Assembly (NCBI GenBank): GCA_963702005.1
Contig: OY969696.1
Location: forward strand, 4,064,001 to 4,128,000
Direction: 5' to 3'
Length of the DNA stretch: 64,000 nucleotides
Source of the DNA: Candidatus Aminicenantes bacterium
GTDB lineage: Bacteria > Acidobacteriota > Aminicenantia > Aminicenantales > JAFGBC01
Position 1 is the stretch's first letter, and every line of letters begins with the position of its first letter. The notes under the pieces are model-generated. The model worked only from the letters and a program-made list of their open reading frames with translations. It had not been told where the DNA came from and made no database searches. The position numbers and the translations under genes were made by a program. Shown piece after piece: positions 1-9,477 of this stretch.

Positions 1-45
1 TGAAATCATTCCTTTGGCAGGGCGGTCCAAATATCTCCGCTCGCG

Positions 46-74
46 TTGACTAATCGCTGGCCGGGTGCTATAAA
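46..74 (+). promoter_or_regulatory. sigma70-type promoter for amidohydrolase operon
   Basis: TTGACT-17 nt-TATAAA with TG extended -10 element; SD GGAGG before ATG 123. Confidence 0.55.
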
Positions 75-122
75 ACAAGTCTTGATCAGATCGACGGGAA
101 AGCCCAATACGGAGGACGTCCC

Positions 123-2702
123 ATGAAGTCTAGATATCTGTCCGGACTCGTCGCCTTTTCCCTACTTTATATGGCGTTGGCGTCCCTGCCTTCTGTCTTG
201 GCAGAGACAAAGGCGGCCTCAGCGACGGGACTCCAGCACGCCGGGGCGGCGGCCGACGCGGGCCTTCTCATCAGGGCCAAGCGGATCTATACGGCGACCC
301 AGGGCATCATCAATGAGGGCATGATCCTCATCGAAAACGGAAAGATCGCCCGGATCGGGACGAAGATCCCCGTCCCGGGCAAGCCACGGGAGATCCTTGC
401 CGAAGTCGTCATCCCCGGTCTGATCGACATCCACACCCACCTTGGCGTCTACAGCGTCCCCAATATTCAGGAGAACGAGGACGGGAACGAGATGACCAAT
501 CCCGTCACGCCCCAGGTCCGCGCCATCGACTCCTTCAACTTTGAAGATCCGGCTCTCAAGATTGGCCGGGCCGGCGGCGTTACGACGATCATCTCCCGGC
601 CCGGGAGCGGGAACGTCATCGGCGGCACGAGCGTCGCCGTCAAGCTCAAGTCCGGCCCGCCCGAGGCGATGGTCCTCAGGGAGGACTGCGACCTCAAGAT
701 GGCTATCGAGGGAAATCCGGTCGGGGTTTACGGCGAGCGAAAGCAGATGCCCTCGACGCTGATGGCCGTCTATCATCTCGCCCGTAAGGCCTTCCTCGAG
801 GCCCAGGCCTACCAAAAAAGCTGGGAGGATTACGAGAAGGACAAAAAGGCCGGCAAAGATCCCGCTCCCCCCAAGCGGGACCTCGGTAAAGACAACCTGG
901 TCAGGGCTCTCAAACGCGAGATCCCGGTCCACATCCACTGCGCCACGGCGTCCGAAATCGTTAGCTGCATCCGGCTCGCGGACGAGTTCAAGCTCCGCCT
1001 CAGCCTGGGCCACTGCTACTGGGCTTATCTCATCGTCGATGAGCTGGCCGCCCGCAAGGACGTCTTCTTCAACGTCGGGCCGCCCATGCTCTTCAGCTAC
1101 TTCGACGATCCGAGCCAATTCATGAACTGCGCGGCCATCCTGGCCGAGGCCGGCCTCAAGGTCTCGCTCCAGACCGACGCCCTGGGCGGCGCTCAGCAAA
1201 ACCTGCGCGAGCTGGCCGCCCTCTGCGTCCGCTACGGCATGAAGGAAGAGGATGCCCTCAAGTCCGTCACGATCTGGGAAGCCGAAGCGGTCGGGCTGGA
1301 CGACCGGATCGGAAGCCTCGAGCCCGGCAAGGACGCCGATCTCGTCCTGCTCGACGGCGATCCCTTCGAGCTCCTGACGGCAGTCGACAAAGTCCTCATC
1401 GACGGTGTTGTCGAATACGAGAATCCCGCGCTCGCCCCGCGGGCCGCCGTCGCCCTCCCCGAGCCCCGGGGCGGGCTGGCGCTCCCAGCCGGATTCGAGG
1501 GCGCCGCCGCTTTCGCCATTAAAGCCGGAACCGTCTTCACCATGGCCGGAGTACCCATCCGTAACGGGGTCGTCCTGGTCAAGGGCGGAAAGATCGAAAA
1601 GGTCGGAGAGGAGCTGGACGTCCCCGCAGGCTATGCCGTCATCGACGCCCCCGGCTATGTCGTCATGCCCGGCTTCGTTTCGCCGCGCTCAACGCTCGGC
1701 ATCTCCTCGAACTGGAGGAGGCAGAGCTCGGTCGACGAGGCGTCGAATCCGATTACGCCCGAGCTCGAAGTTAAGTATGCCCTCGAGCCCCAGGCGCCCC
1801 TCTTCAACTTCTCCCGTCAGCTCGGGATCACGACCGCCCTGGTGACGCCCGGAAACCGGAACGTCATCGGCGGACAGGGCGTCGCCATAAGAACCGACGG
1901 CGCCGTCGTCGATAAGATGATCGTCAAGGACAGAGCCGTCATGGTCTTCGGGTTCGGCCCCCAGGCTAAGCGTGCCAATGCGATGCCCTCGACCCGCATG
2001 GGCCTGGCCGCCCTGCTCAGGGAAACGCTGGTCAAGGCCCGGGAGCACCTGGCCTCGATCGAGCGCTGGGAGAAGGACAAGAAGGGAGCGCGCCCGAGCG
2101 ACCTGTCCCTGGAAGCCCTGATCCCGGTCCTCAAGCGTGAGATGCCGGTCCTCGTCCACGCCGAGCGCGAAGACGACATCCGAACCGCGCTCAGGATCGC
2201 CGACGAGTTCGAGCTCCGCATTATCCTCGACGGCGCGACCGACGCCTGGAAGCTCGCCGCCGAGATCAAGAAACGCGACATCCCCGTCATCCTCGAAGAC
2301 GTCTTCCGCGGCATCGGCAATATCGAGGACGCAGGATTCAACCCCCGCAATCCGGCCCTCCTGGCCGAGGCCGGGATCCTTGTCGCCTTCAAGCCCGAGA
2401 CCGGCTCCTGGCTGGTTCCCGGCCCGGGCGAATCGGGCGGAGACCCGCTCGAAATCGCCGCCTTCGCCGTTCGGAACGGTATGAGCGAAGAGGCCGCGCT
2501 GCGGGCGATCACGATCGACGCCGCCCGGATCGTCGGCGTCGACGCCACGACCGGGAGCCTCGAGCCCGGCAAGGATGCGGATCTCGTCATCCTGCGCGGC
2601 TATCCCCTGTCGACCAAGGCCGTTCCCGAAGCCGTGTTCAGCGACGGGAAGCTCGTGTTCAAGAATGAACCGGGACGGCATCTCAAGACGAAGGGCCGTT
2701 GA
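123..2702 (+). CDS. Secreted amidohydrolase-family protein with two tandem amidohydrolase domains
   Basis: Signal peptide; PGLIDIHTH metal motif in domain 1; GSLEPGKDADLV motif occurs twice. Confidence 0.85.
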   Translation: MKSRYLSGLVAFSLLYMALASLPSVLAETKAASATGLQHAGAAADAGLLIRAKRIYTATQGIINEGMILIENGKIARIGTKIPVPGKPREILAEVVIPGLIDIHTHLGVYSVPNIQENEDGNEMTNPVTPQVRAIDSFNFEDPALKIGRAGGVTTIISRPGSGNVIGGTSVAVKLKSGPPEAMVLREDCDLKMAIEGNPVGVYGERKQMPSTLMAVYHLARKAFLEAQAYQKSWEDYEKDKKAGKDPAPPKRDLGKDNLVRALKREIPVHIHCATASEIVSCIRLADEFKLRLSLGHCYWAYLIVDELAARKDVFFNVGPPMLFSYFDDPSQFMNCAAILAEAGLKVSLQTDALGGAQQNLRELAALCVRYGMKEEDALKSVTIWEAEAVGLDDRIGSLEPGKDADLVLLDGDPFELLTAVDKVLIDGVVEYENPALAPRAAVALPEPRGGLALPAGFEGAAAFAIKAGTVFTMAGVPIRNGVVLVKGGKIEKVGEELDVPAGYAVIDAPGYVVMPGFVSPRSTLGISSNWRRQSSVDEASNPITPELEVKYALEPQAPLFNFSRQLGITTALVTPGNRNVIGGQGVAIRTDGAVVDKMIVKDRAVMVFGFGPQAKRANAMPSTRMGLAALLRETLVKAREHLASIERWEKDKKGARPSDLSLEALIPVLKREMPVLVHAEREDDIRTALRIADEFELRIILDGATDAWKLAAEIKKRDIPVILEDVFRGIGNIEDAGFNPRNPALLAEAGILVAFKPETGSWLVPGPGESGGDPLEIAAFAVRNGMSEEAALRAITIDAARIVGVDATTGSLEPGKDADLVILRGYPLSTKAVPEAVFSDGKLVFKNEPGRHLKTKGR

Positions 2703-2712
2703 GGGAGTCGCC

Positions 2713-4014
2713 ATGGACACCATGCGCGCGGCACGAGCCGGGGCGATCCTGCTTCTCGCGGCCGGCCTGCTCGCCCCGGCGCTCCCTTCGGATCAGGCCG
2801 AGGAAGGAAAAACGTTGGCCCTGCGGGGCGGCCGGATCATGACCGTGACCCGGGGCATTCTCGAGGACGGCATCATCCTGATCCGGGAAGGGATCATCGC
2901 GGCCGTGGGGCCGGCCGTCACGATCCCCGCCGACGTCGAGGTCATCGACATCCCGGGTCTCGTCGTCTGTCCGGGATTCGTCGACGCCACCACGAACCTC
3001 GGGGCGGCGAACCCGGACTGGGCCGAGCGGGACGACGACGAAGCCACCTCTCCCTTGACGCCCCAGCTCAATATCCTGGACGGCTTCAACCCGGCGAATC
3101 GGTACATCCCGGCCGCCCGCCGGCTCGGCGTCGTCTACGCCCTCTGCGCGCCGGGGCGTGGAAATCTCCTGTCCGGGTCGAGCGCCCTCGTCCGCCTCAA
3201 AGGCGAAGAGGCGCGGTCCATGGCCCTCAAGACGCCCGCCGCCGTCCACGGGAGCTTGGGGGAAGGACCCAAACTCCGCTATGGCGCAAAGAACGTCTAT
3301 CCCTCGACGCGGATGGGCGAGGCCGCCCTCCTCCGTCAGACGTTGATCGAAGCGCAGGAATACGTCGCCGCCCGGGAAGCCTATGAGCGCAAGGCGGAAG
3401 CATGGACGGAGAAGGAGTCGCGGGGCGAGAAGCCCGAGGGCGACAAGCCCGAACCGATCGCTCCGAATGCGCAATGGGACGCTCTCATCCCCGTCCTCAA
3501 GGGCGAGCTGCCGCTGGTCGTCACCGCCAACCGGATGGACGACATCCTGACCGCCATCAGGATCGCCGACGAGTTCAAACTCCGGATCATCCTCAACGAA
3601 GGAGCCGACGCTCCCAAGGTCAAGGACAAGCTCGCCGTTCGAGGGATTCCGGTCCTCCTCAGGCCCAGGGCGGCCTACAAGCTTACGCCTGAAACGGAGG
3701 GGGCCGGCTTCGACGGGGCGCTCCAACTCGTCCGGGCCGGGATCCGGATCGCTTTTCAGACCGGCTCCGTCCAGAATCTGGGCGACCTCATCCCCCAGGC
3801 CCAGCAGGCGATCGCCCACGGCCTCCACGAGGACGACGCCCTGCGGGCCTTGACGCTGTGGCCGGCCGAGATCTTCGGCGTCGCGGACCGGATCGGGTCC
3901 ATCGTCAAGGGGAAAGCGGGAGACCTGGTCGTTTTCGACCGGAATCCGCTCCGGTCGCCGGCCCGCGTCAAATTCGTCATCATCGGCGGCGAGATCGTCG
4001 ATAAGGAGGACTGA
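2713..4014 (+). CDS. Amidohydrolase-family protein, probably lacking metal ligands
   Basis: Start reassigned to ATG 2713 after GAGGGAG; PGFVDATTN replaces HxH; GSIVKGKAGDLVV motif. Confidence 0.8.
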   Translation: MDTMRAARAGAILLLAAGLLAPALPSDQAEEGKTLALRGGRIMTVTRGILEDGIILIREGIIAAVGPAVTIPADVEVIDIPGLVVCPGFVDATTNLGAANPDWAERDDDEATSPLTPQLNILDGFNPANRYIPAARRLGVVYALCAPGRGNLLSGSSALVRLKGEEARSMALKTPAAVHGSLGEGPKLRYGAKNVYPSTRMGEAALLRQTLIEAQEYVAAREAYERKAEAWTEKESRGEKPEGDKPEPIAPNAQWDALIPVLKGELPLVVTANRMDDILTAIRIADEFKLRIILNEGADAPKVKDKLAVRGIPVLLRPRAAYKLTPETEGAGFDGALQLVRAGIRIAFQTGSVQNLGDLIPQAQQAIAHGLHEDDALRALTLWPAEIFGVADRIGSIVKGKAGDLVVFDRNPLRSPARVKFVIIGGEIVDKED

Positions 4015-4015
4015 C

Positions 4016-4555
4016 ATGATGGATCGGCAAGCGTTGGAAGAGTTGTTCAAGGCGCGCGGCTACCGGGATTTCCGCTGGATCGATCCGAAGACGATCGTCG
4101 TCGGCCAGTGGGTCCGGATGAAGTGCCTGTTCGGATGCGGCGATTACGGAAAATGCGCGACGTGCCCCCCCGAAGTGCCTTCGGTCGAGGACTGCGAGCG
4201 CTTCTTTCGGGATTATACGACGGTCGCGGTCTTCCACTTCGAGAAGGCGGTCGTCAAGCCGGAGGACCGGCACGCCTGGACGAAGTCCATCAACGACAAG
4301 CTCCTCGACCTCGAACGGGAAGTCTTCCTGGCCGGCCATCGCAAGGCGTTCCTTCTCCCCATGGACAGCTGCGCGCTGTGCGAACCGTGCACGGGGAGGC
4401 GGGCGACCTGCAAGGAGCCGAAGAAGGCCCGGCCCACGCCCGACGCTCTGGCCATGGACGTTTATGCGACGGTCCGCTCGATCGGCTACCCGATCGAGGT
4501 CCTTTACGATTATAAGCAGGCCATGAACCGCTACGCGTTTCTGCTCATCGATTAA
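4016..4555 (+). CDS. DUF2284-like Cys-rich metal-binding protein
   Basis: KCLFGCGDYGKCATCPP and CALCEPC...C motifs; ARPTPDALAMDV. Confidence 0.75.
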   Translation: MMDRQALEELFKARGYRDFRWIDPKTIVVGQWVRMKCLFGCGDYGKCATCPPEVPSVEDCERFFRDYTTVAVFHFEKAVVKPEDRHAWTKSINDKLLDLEREVFLAGHRKAFLLPMDSCALCEPCTGRRATCKEPKKARPTPDALAMDVYATVRSIGYPIEVLYDYKQAMNRYAFLLID

Positions 4556-4717
4556 TGCCGTTGCCGGATCCTTATGCGAAACGCGCTTAGTACTTTGTCT
4601 GCGGGATGCCGTCGCTTTCATTAAAATAGCGCGACTTCGAGCAACCTAATGGCACCACAGCGCGTATAGACAGTAATGGATCTTAAGATAGATATTTTCG
4701 ATTCCGGGGAGGACTCT

Positions 4718-7700
4718 ATGAAATTTTTCGGGGCTCGCACTCTGAAACCGTATTCCGCGATTCTCCTTCTGCTGATTGGACTCTTAGGCTCGTTCCCGCT
4801 CCGGGCCCAGGATAAGCCCCTCTGGCTTCGCTATCCGGCGATATCTCCCGACGGACAAAATATCCTCTTTTGCTACCAGGGCGATATCTATAAGGTTTCC
4901 TCGTTGGGCGGTCAGGCCGTTCCCTTGACCATCGGCGAGGCCTACGACTTTGCGCCCATCTGGAGCCACGACGGCCGGTCCATCGCCTTCGCCTCCGACC
5001 GATACGGTCATTTCGATGTCTTCCTCATGCCGGCGGCCGGGGGGGAGGCCAAGCGCCTGACTTATCATTCAGCCGCGGATATCCCCAGCAGCTTCAGCTC
5101 CGACGATCAGCGCATACTCTTCACGTCGACGCGTCAGGATCTGGTGACGAACGCCCAGTTCCCGATGTCCGTATTTCCCGAGCTCTACAACGTATCCGTC
5201 AAAGGCGGAGAGGCGGCGCTCGTCTTGACCCAGCCGGCGATCTCGGCCACGGTCAACCCGGCCGGGGACAAGATTATCTATCATGACCAGAAAGGATACG
5301 AGAGCGACTGGCGCAAGCACCATACCTCCTCGGTGACCCGGGATATCTGGGTCTATGACCTCAAAGCAAAAAAGAACACCCGGCTCACGACTTTCAAGGG
5401 CGAGGACCGCAATCCCGTCTTCGACGCCAACGGCGACGATTTTTATTATCTGAGCGAGCAGAACGGCTCGTTCAACGTTTATAAAAGCTCCCTGAGCAAG
5501 CCGGCGGCGTCGACCGCCCTGACCGGCTTCAGCAAGAATCCCGTCCGGTTCCTAAGCCGCGCCAACTCCGGCGTTCTGTGTTTCGGATATGACGGGGAGA
5601 TCTACACCAAGTCCGGAAACGCGGCCCCGCGCAAGATCGACGTCCGTCTCGCGCAGGACGGCCGCGGGGTCTTGGAGAAAAGCGTGCCGGTCGGCGGCGG
5701 CATCACCCAAATGCGGCTGTCGCCCAACGGCAAGGAAATCGCCTATGTCTTCCGCGGCGAGATTTTCGTCGGCAGCGTCGAGGGCGGCGTCACCAAGCGC
5801 ATCACCAACACCCCTTGGCAGGAGCGGAGCGTGAGCTTCAGCCCCGACGGACGGACGCTCGTCTATGCTGCGGAAAGAGACAACAACTGGAACGTCTATA
5901 CGACCTCGATCACGCGGAAGGAAGAGCCTTATTTCTACGCCTCGACGGTCTTCAAGGAGGAGCCGCTGGTCGCCACGGCGGCCGAGGAATTCCAGCCGGA
6001 ATTCTCGCCGGACGGGAAGGAGGTTGCCTATCTGGAAAACCGGGTCGTTCTCAAGGTCATCAACCTGGCCTCGAAGGAGACCCGGACGATCTTACCGGCG
6101 GAACACAATTATTCCTATGCGGACGGCGACCAGAATTACCGCTGGAGCCCGGACGGGAAGTGGTTCCTGGTCCAGTTCGGATACGTCCGCCTGTTCACGG
6201 CCCAGGTCGGGCTGGTCTCGAGCGACGGTAAGGGCCGGGTCATCAACCTGACCAAGAGCGGCTTCGACAATATCGGGGCCCGCTGGGGGATGGACGGCAC
6301 GATGATGTATTGGGGATGCACGAGGGAAGGCGCGGCGAACCTGGACGGGTCCCCCCTGACCTATGACGTCTTCGGCATGTTCTTCACCCGGGACGCCTAT
6401 GACCGATTCCGGCTGTCCAAGCCCGATTATGACCTGTTGAAGGAGCAAGAAGATAAGGCGAAAGACGAGAAGGCCAAGGAGGACAAGGATAAATCCAAGG
6501 ACTCTAAAGCCAAAGAAGCGGCGGTCAAGAAAGAGGAGCCGAAGAAGGACATCGTCATCGAGTTCGACGGCCTGGATCAGCGCAAAGCCCGGTTCACCAT
6601 AAACTCCGCCGACATCGCCGATATGGCCCTGACCAAGACAGGCGATAAGCTCTTCTATCTGGCCAGCTTCGAGAAGGGCTATGATCTGTGGCTGACCGAG
6701 CTGCGCACGAAGGATACCAAGCTATTCGTCAAGCTGGGGGCTTCGAACGCGGCCATGGAACTCTCGGACGACGGCAAGGCCCTCTTCGTCCTAGCCGACG
6801 GCAAGGTCTCCAAGATCGATCCCGAAAGCGGCAAGATGGATTCCGTGGCCGTCGGGGGCGAAATGGCCCTCGACCAGACCGCCGAGAAGGCCTACATGTT
6901 CGATCACATGTGGCGGCAGATCAAGCAGAAATTCCTGGTCGCCGACTTGTACGGCGCGGACTGGGATTTCTATTACGCGGCTTACCGGAAGTTCCTCCCT
7001 TACATCGCCAACAACTACGACTATGCGGAGATGGTCAGCGAAATGCTGGGCGAGCTGAATGCCTCGCACACCGGCTGCTATTATTCCGGGGCGCGCACTC
7101 CGGCCTCCGACGCCACGGCCTCACTGGGCATTTTCAGGGACTATGACTATGCCGGTCCCGGCTTAAGAGTCGCGGAGATCCTGAGCGGCGGCCCGCTGGA
7201 TAAAGCGGCCCTCAAGATCAGGGCGGGACATATCATCGAAAAAATCGACGGCCAAGCTCTCGACGGCTCGTTCGATCATGCCCGGCTCCTGAACCGGAAA
7301 GCCGGACAGCTCACCCTGCTTTCCGTCTACGATCCGGCGGCGCAGCAGCGCTGGGACGAGGCCGTCAAGCCCGTTTCGCTGGGAGAGGAGAACGGCCTGT
7401 TGTACCGGCGCTGGGTCAAGGCCCGGCGCGCCGAAGTGGATCGCCTCTCCGGCGGCCGGATCGGCTACGTTCACGTCCGGAGCATGAACGATTCCAGTTT
7501 CCGGACGGTCATCGAGGAGGTCCTCGGCCTGTGCATCGATAAAGAGGCTCTGATCGTCGACACCCGGTTCAACGGCGGGGGAAGCCTCCACGACCAGCTC
7601 GCGGATTTCCTGAACGGAAAAAAAGTCTTCGACATCCTGCCCCGGGGACAGCTCGTCGGCTACGAACCGTACGGAAAATGGATCAAGCCCTCTATCGTCC

Positions 7701-8002
7701 TGATGGGCGAATGCAACTACTCGGATGCCCATCTTTTCCCGGTGGAATATAAGATCAAGGGCATCGGCAAGACGCTGGGCATGCCCGTGCCCGGCACCGG
7801 GACGTTCGTCTGGTGGGAAGCCCAGATCGATCCGACCCTGCGCTTCGGCATCCCCCAGGGCGGCTGGCGCACGCCGGAAGGGATTCTCTGCGAGAATAAT
7901 CAGCTCGAGCCCGACATCCTGGTCAAGAACGACCCGGACGTCCTCTCATTGGGCCGCGATCAGCAGATCGAAGCGGCGGTGAAGGAACTGTTGAAGAAGT
8001 AG
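4718..8002 (+). CDS. Tricorn-like S41 peptidase (PD40 propellers, PDZ, S41 catalytic domain)
   Basis: LRYPAISPDG repeats, GYVHVRSM, DTRFNGGG, NYSDA catalytic Ser; ATG 4718 follows GGAGG. Confidence 0.9.
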   Translation: MKFFGARTLKPYSAILLLLIGLLGSFPLRAQDKPLWLRYPAISPDGQNILFCYQGDIYKVSSLGGQAVPLTIGEAYDFAPIWSHDGRSIAFASDRYGHFDVFLMPAAGGEAKRLTYHSAADIPSSFSSDDQRILFTSTRQDLVTNAQFPMSVFPELYNVSVKGGEAALVLTQPAISATVNPAGDKIIYHDQKGYESDWRKHHTSSVTRDIWVYDLKAKKNTRLTTFKGEDRNPVFDANGDDFYYLSEQNGSFNVYKSSLSKPAASTALTGFSKNPVRFLSRANSGVLCFGYDGEIYTKSGNAAPRKIDVRLAQDGRGVLEKSVPVGGGITQMRLSPNGKEIAYVFRGEIFVGSVEGGVTKRITNTPWQERSVSFSPDGRTLVYAAERDNNWNVYTTSITRKEEPYFYASTVFKEEPLVATAAEEFQPEFSPDGKEVAYLENRVVLKVINLASKETRTILPAEHNYSYADGDQNYRWSPDGKWFLVQFGYVRLFTAQVGLVSSDGKGRVINLTKSGFDNIGARWGMDGTMMYWGCTREGAANLDGSPLTYDVFGMFFTRDAYDRFRLSKPDYDLLKEQEDKAKDEKAKEDKDKSKDSKAKEAAVKKEEPKKDIVIEFDGLDQRKARFTINSADIADMALTKTGDKLFYLASFEKGYDLWLTELRTKDTKLFVKLGASNAAMELSDDGKALFVLADGKVSKIDPESGKMDSVAVGGEMALDQTAEKAYMFDHMWRQIKQKFLVADLYGADWDFYYAAYRKFLPYIANNYDYAEMVSEMLGELNASHTGCYYSGARTPASDATASLGIFRDYDYAGPGLRVAEILSGGPLDKAALKIRAGHIIEKIDGQALDGSFDHARLLNRKAGQLTLLSVYDPAAQQRWDEAVKPVSLGEENGLLYRRWVKARRAEVDRLSGGRIGYVHVRSMNDSSFRTVIEEVLGLCIDKEALIVDTRFNGGGSLHDQLADFLNGKKVFDILPRGQLVGYEPYGKWIKPSIVLMGECNYSDAHLFPVEYKIKGIGKTLGMPVPGTGTFVWWEAQIDPTLRFGIPQGGWRTPEGILCENNQLEPDILVKNDPDVLSLGRDQQIEAAVKELLKK

Positions 8003-8039
8003 CCGGCGGTCAGAACTAGAAACGGAAATCGCAAGCTGC

Positions 8040-8681
8040 CTATTCGACGACCCGGGCGACGACAACGCCGAGGGAGCCGGTCTCGACATTGCGGCGCGTC
8101 GTTTCCTCGAAACCGTTCTCCCGGATAAAAGCCCGCAGGCCGCCGCGCTCCAAAAAGTCCCGGCTGTTCCGGAAATGCTCGCCGCCTCCCAGGCGCTCGA
8201 TGATCCGAACCAGGAACGCCCCGGTTCTCGACTTCGCGTTCCAGGGATTTTCGAAATCGACGACGATGAGCCGCCCGCCCGGGGCCAGAACCCTCCGGAC
8301 TTCTCTCATTATTGCGCTCCGGACGCCGGGGCTCTTATCGTGGAGGCCGAATGAAACTGAAACCGCCCGGAACGCCCCATCCTTGAACGGTATTCGCGCG
8401 GCGTCCCCGCAGACGAAGGGAAGGCCGGGCGCCCGGGCCGCCGCGTAGCGGATCATCCCGGCGCTCCTGTCGAGCCCGATAGCCCGGCCCGGTCCTTCCC
8501 CGGACCTGATCCCTCGGAACTGGCTTCCTGTCCCGCAGCAGACATCGAGCCAGGGGTAGAGTCCCTCCGCCCCGACCGCCGCCGCGACCCGCCTCCGCAC
8601 CCCCCTCAGCATTCCGCCGAAGGCTAGGTCATAAAGCCTTCCCGGGAGGTGCCAAAAGCCTTGGCGACGCGAGGTCCGCAT
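8040..8681 (-). CDS. Class I SAM-dependent methyltransferase (UbiE-like)
   Basis: LDVCCGTG motif I, GDAARIPF, RVLAPGG; ATG 8681 lies 7 nt after TTGTCG-17-TACAAT (leaderless start). Confidence 0.8.
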   Translation of the reverse strand: MRTSRRQGFWHLPGRLYDLAFGGMLRGVRRRVAAAVGAEGLYPWLDVCCGTGSQFRGIRSGEGPGRAIGLDRSAGMIRYAAARAPGLPFVCGDAARIPFKDGAFRAVSVSFGLHDKSPGVRSAIMREVRRVLAPGGRLIVVDFENPWNAKSRTGAFLVRIIERLGGGEHFRNSRDFLERGGLRAFIRENGFEETTRRNVETGSLGVVVARVVE

Positions 8682-8939
8682 TTGACATATTGTAGTCGAG
8701 ATCCGCGCCCCCGACAAAAGGCTTTTCATGGGAATGAACTTACGGCTATGGTTTTTCCCTCAGAATATCAGCCCCAGGACGACCGCCCATTCTCTGGTTT
8801 GAAATTCATACTCTCGGAATTCTCCTTTTTATTGATTTTATGTCTCCGGAAAGGAAGAAAGCAATATCCGCTATCGCGTCCGGGATCGTCCGTCTTCCAA
8901 CCAAAAGGCGATCCGCACGATCCTCGGCTTTGAGCCGGA

Positions 8940-9045
8940 TTGACCCGTTCGCCGACGCTACCCCGCCCTGAAAGGCGGGGACGAGAAGTGAGGCTCAGGG
9001 TTAACCCCGAATAAGCCCCGGCATTCATGCCGGGGAGTCGAGGGG
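8940..9045. repeat. REP/PATE-like palindromic element, copy 1
   Basis: Inverted near-identical copy at 18179-18283; hairpins CCCCGCCCTGAAAGGCGGGG and CCCCGGCATTCATGCCGGGG. Confidence 0.85.
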
Positions 9046-9105
9046 TGTACTCCTTGCTTCGGTTAGGGTATGAAAAAGAGGGAAGATGCCCGGTAAGGAG
9101 CTACT

Positions 9106-9417
9106 ATGAAGAAGCCATCGCCTAGCAAGACCGCCAAGGCGGAAACGGGAACGCCCCTAACCTCGCTCCCCAATATCGGAAAAATCACCGCCTCGGGTCT
9201 CGAGAAAATCGGGATCAGAACGGCGGAGCAATTCCTGGCCCGGGATCCCTATCTGGTCTTCGAGGAACTCCGCAAGAAAGTCGACCCCACGCTCTGCCGC
9301 TGCGCGCTGGCCGGAATCGTCGGGGCCAAGCGGGGCGTTCCCTGGCACACGATCACCAAGAGAACCGCCCGTGAATACGAGAAGCGCCATCCCCGGCATA
9401 GATGGGGGCCGTGCTGA
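9106..9417 (+). CDS. TfoX C-terminal/Cdd1-like helix-hairpin-helix protein
   Basis: LTSLPNIGKITASGLEKIGI HhH motif; SD AAGGAG. Confidence 0.7.
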   Translation: MKKPSPSKTAKAETGTPLTSLPNIGKITASGLEKIGIRTAEQFLARDPYLVFEELRKKVDPTLCRCALAGIVGAKRGVPWHTITKRTAREYEKRHPRHRWGPC

Positions 9418-9477
9418 AACAGCTCACGGACTGATTTTTGCGGGACTTTATCCGTGCGGACTGTCCTCGCCGGCCGG

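Noticed and set aside
4650-4666. TGGCAC as a sigma54 -24 box upstream of the S41 peptidase
   Set aside because: The -12 position reads CGCG rather than TTGC
8940-9045. Autonomous IS200/IS605 or TnpB omega-RNA locus
   Set aside because: No tnpA, tnpB or iscB ORF next to either copy
9409-9470. Cys-TGA end of the TfoX-like gene as selenocysteine readthrough
   Set aside because: Domain appears complete and no convincing SECIS hairpin follows
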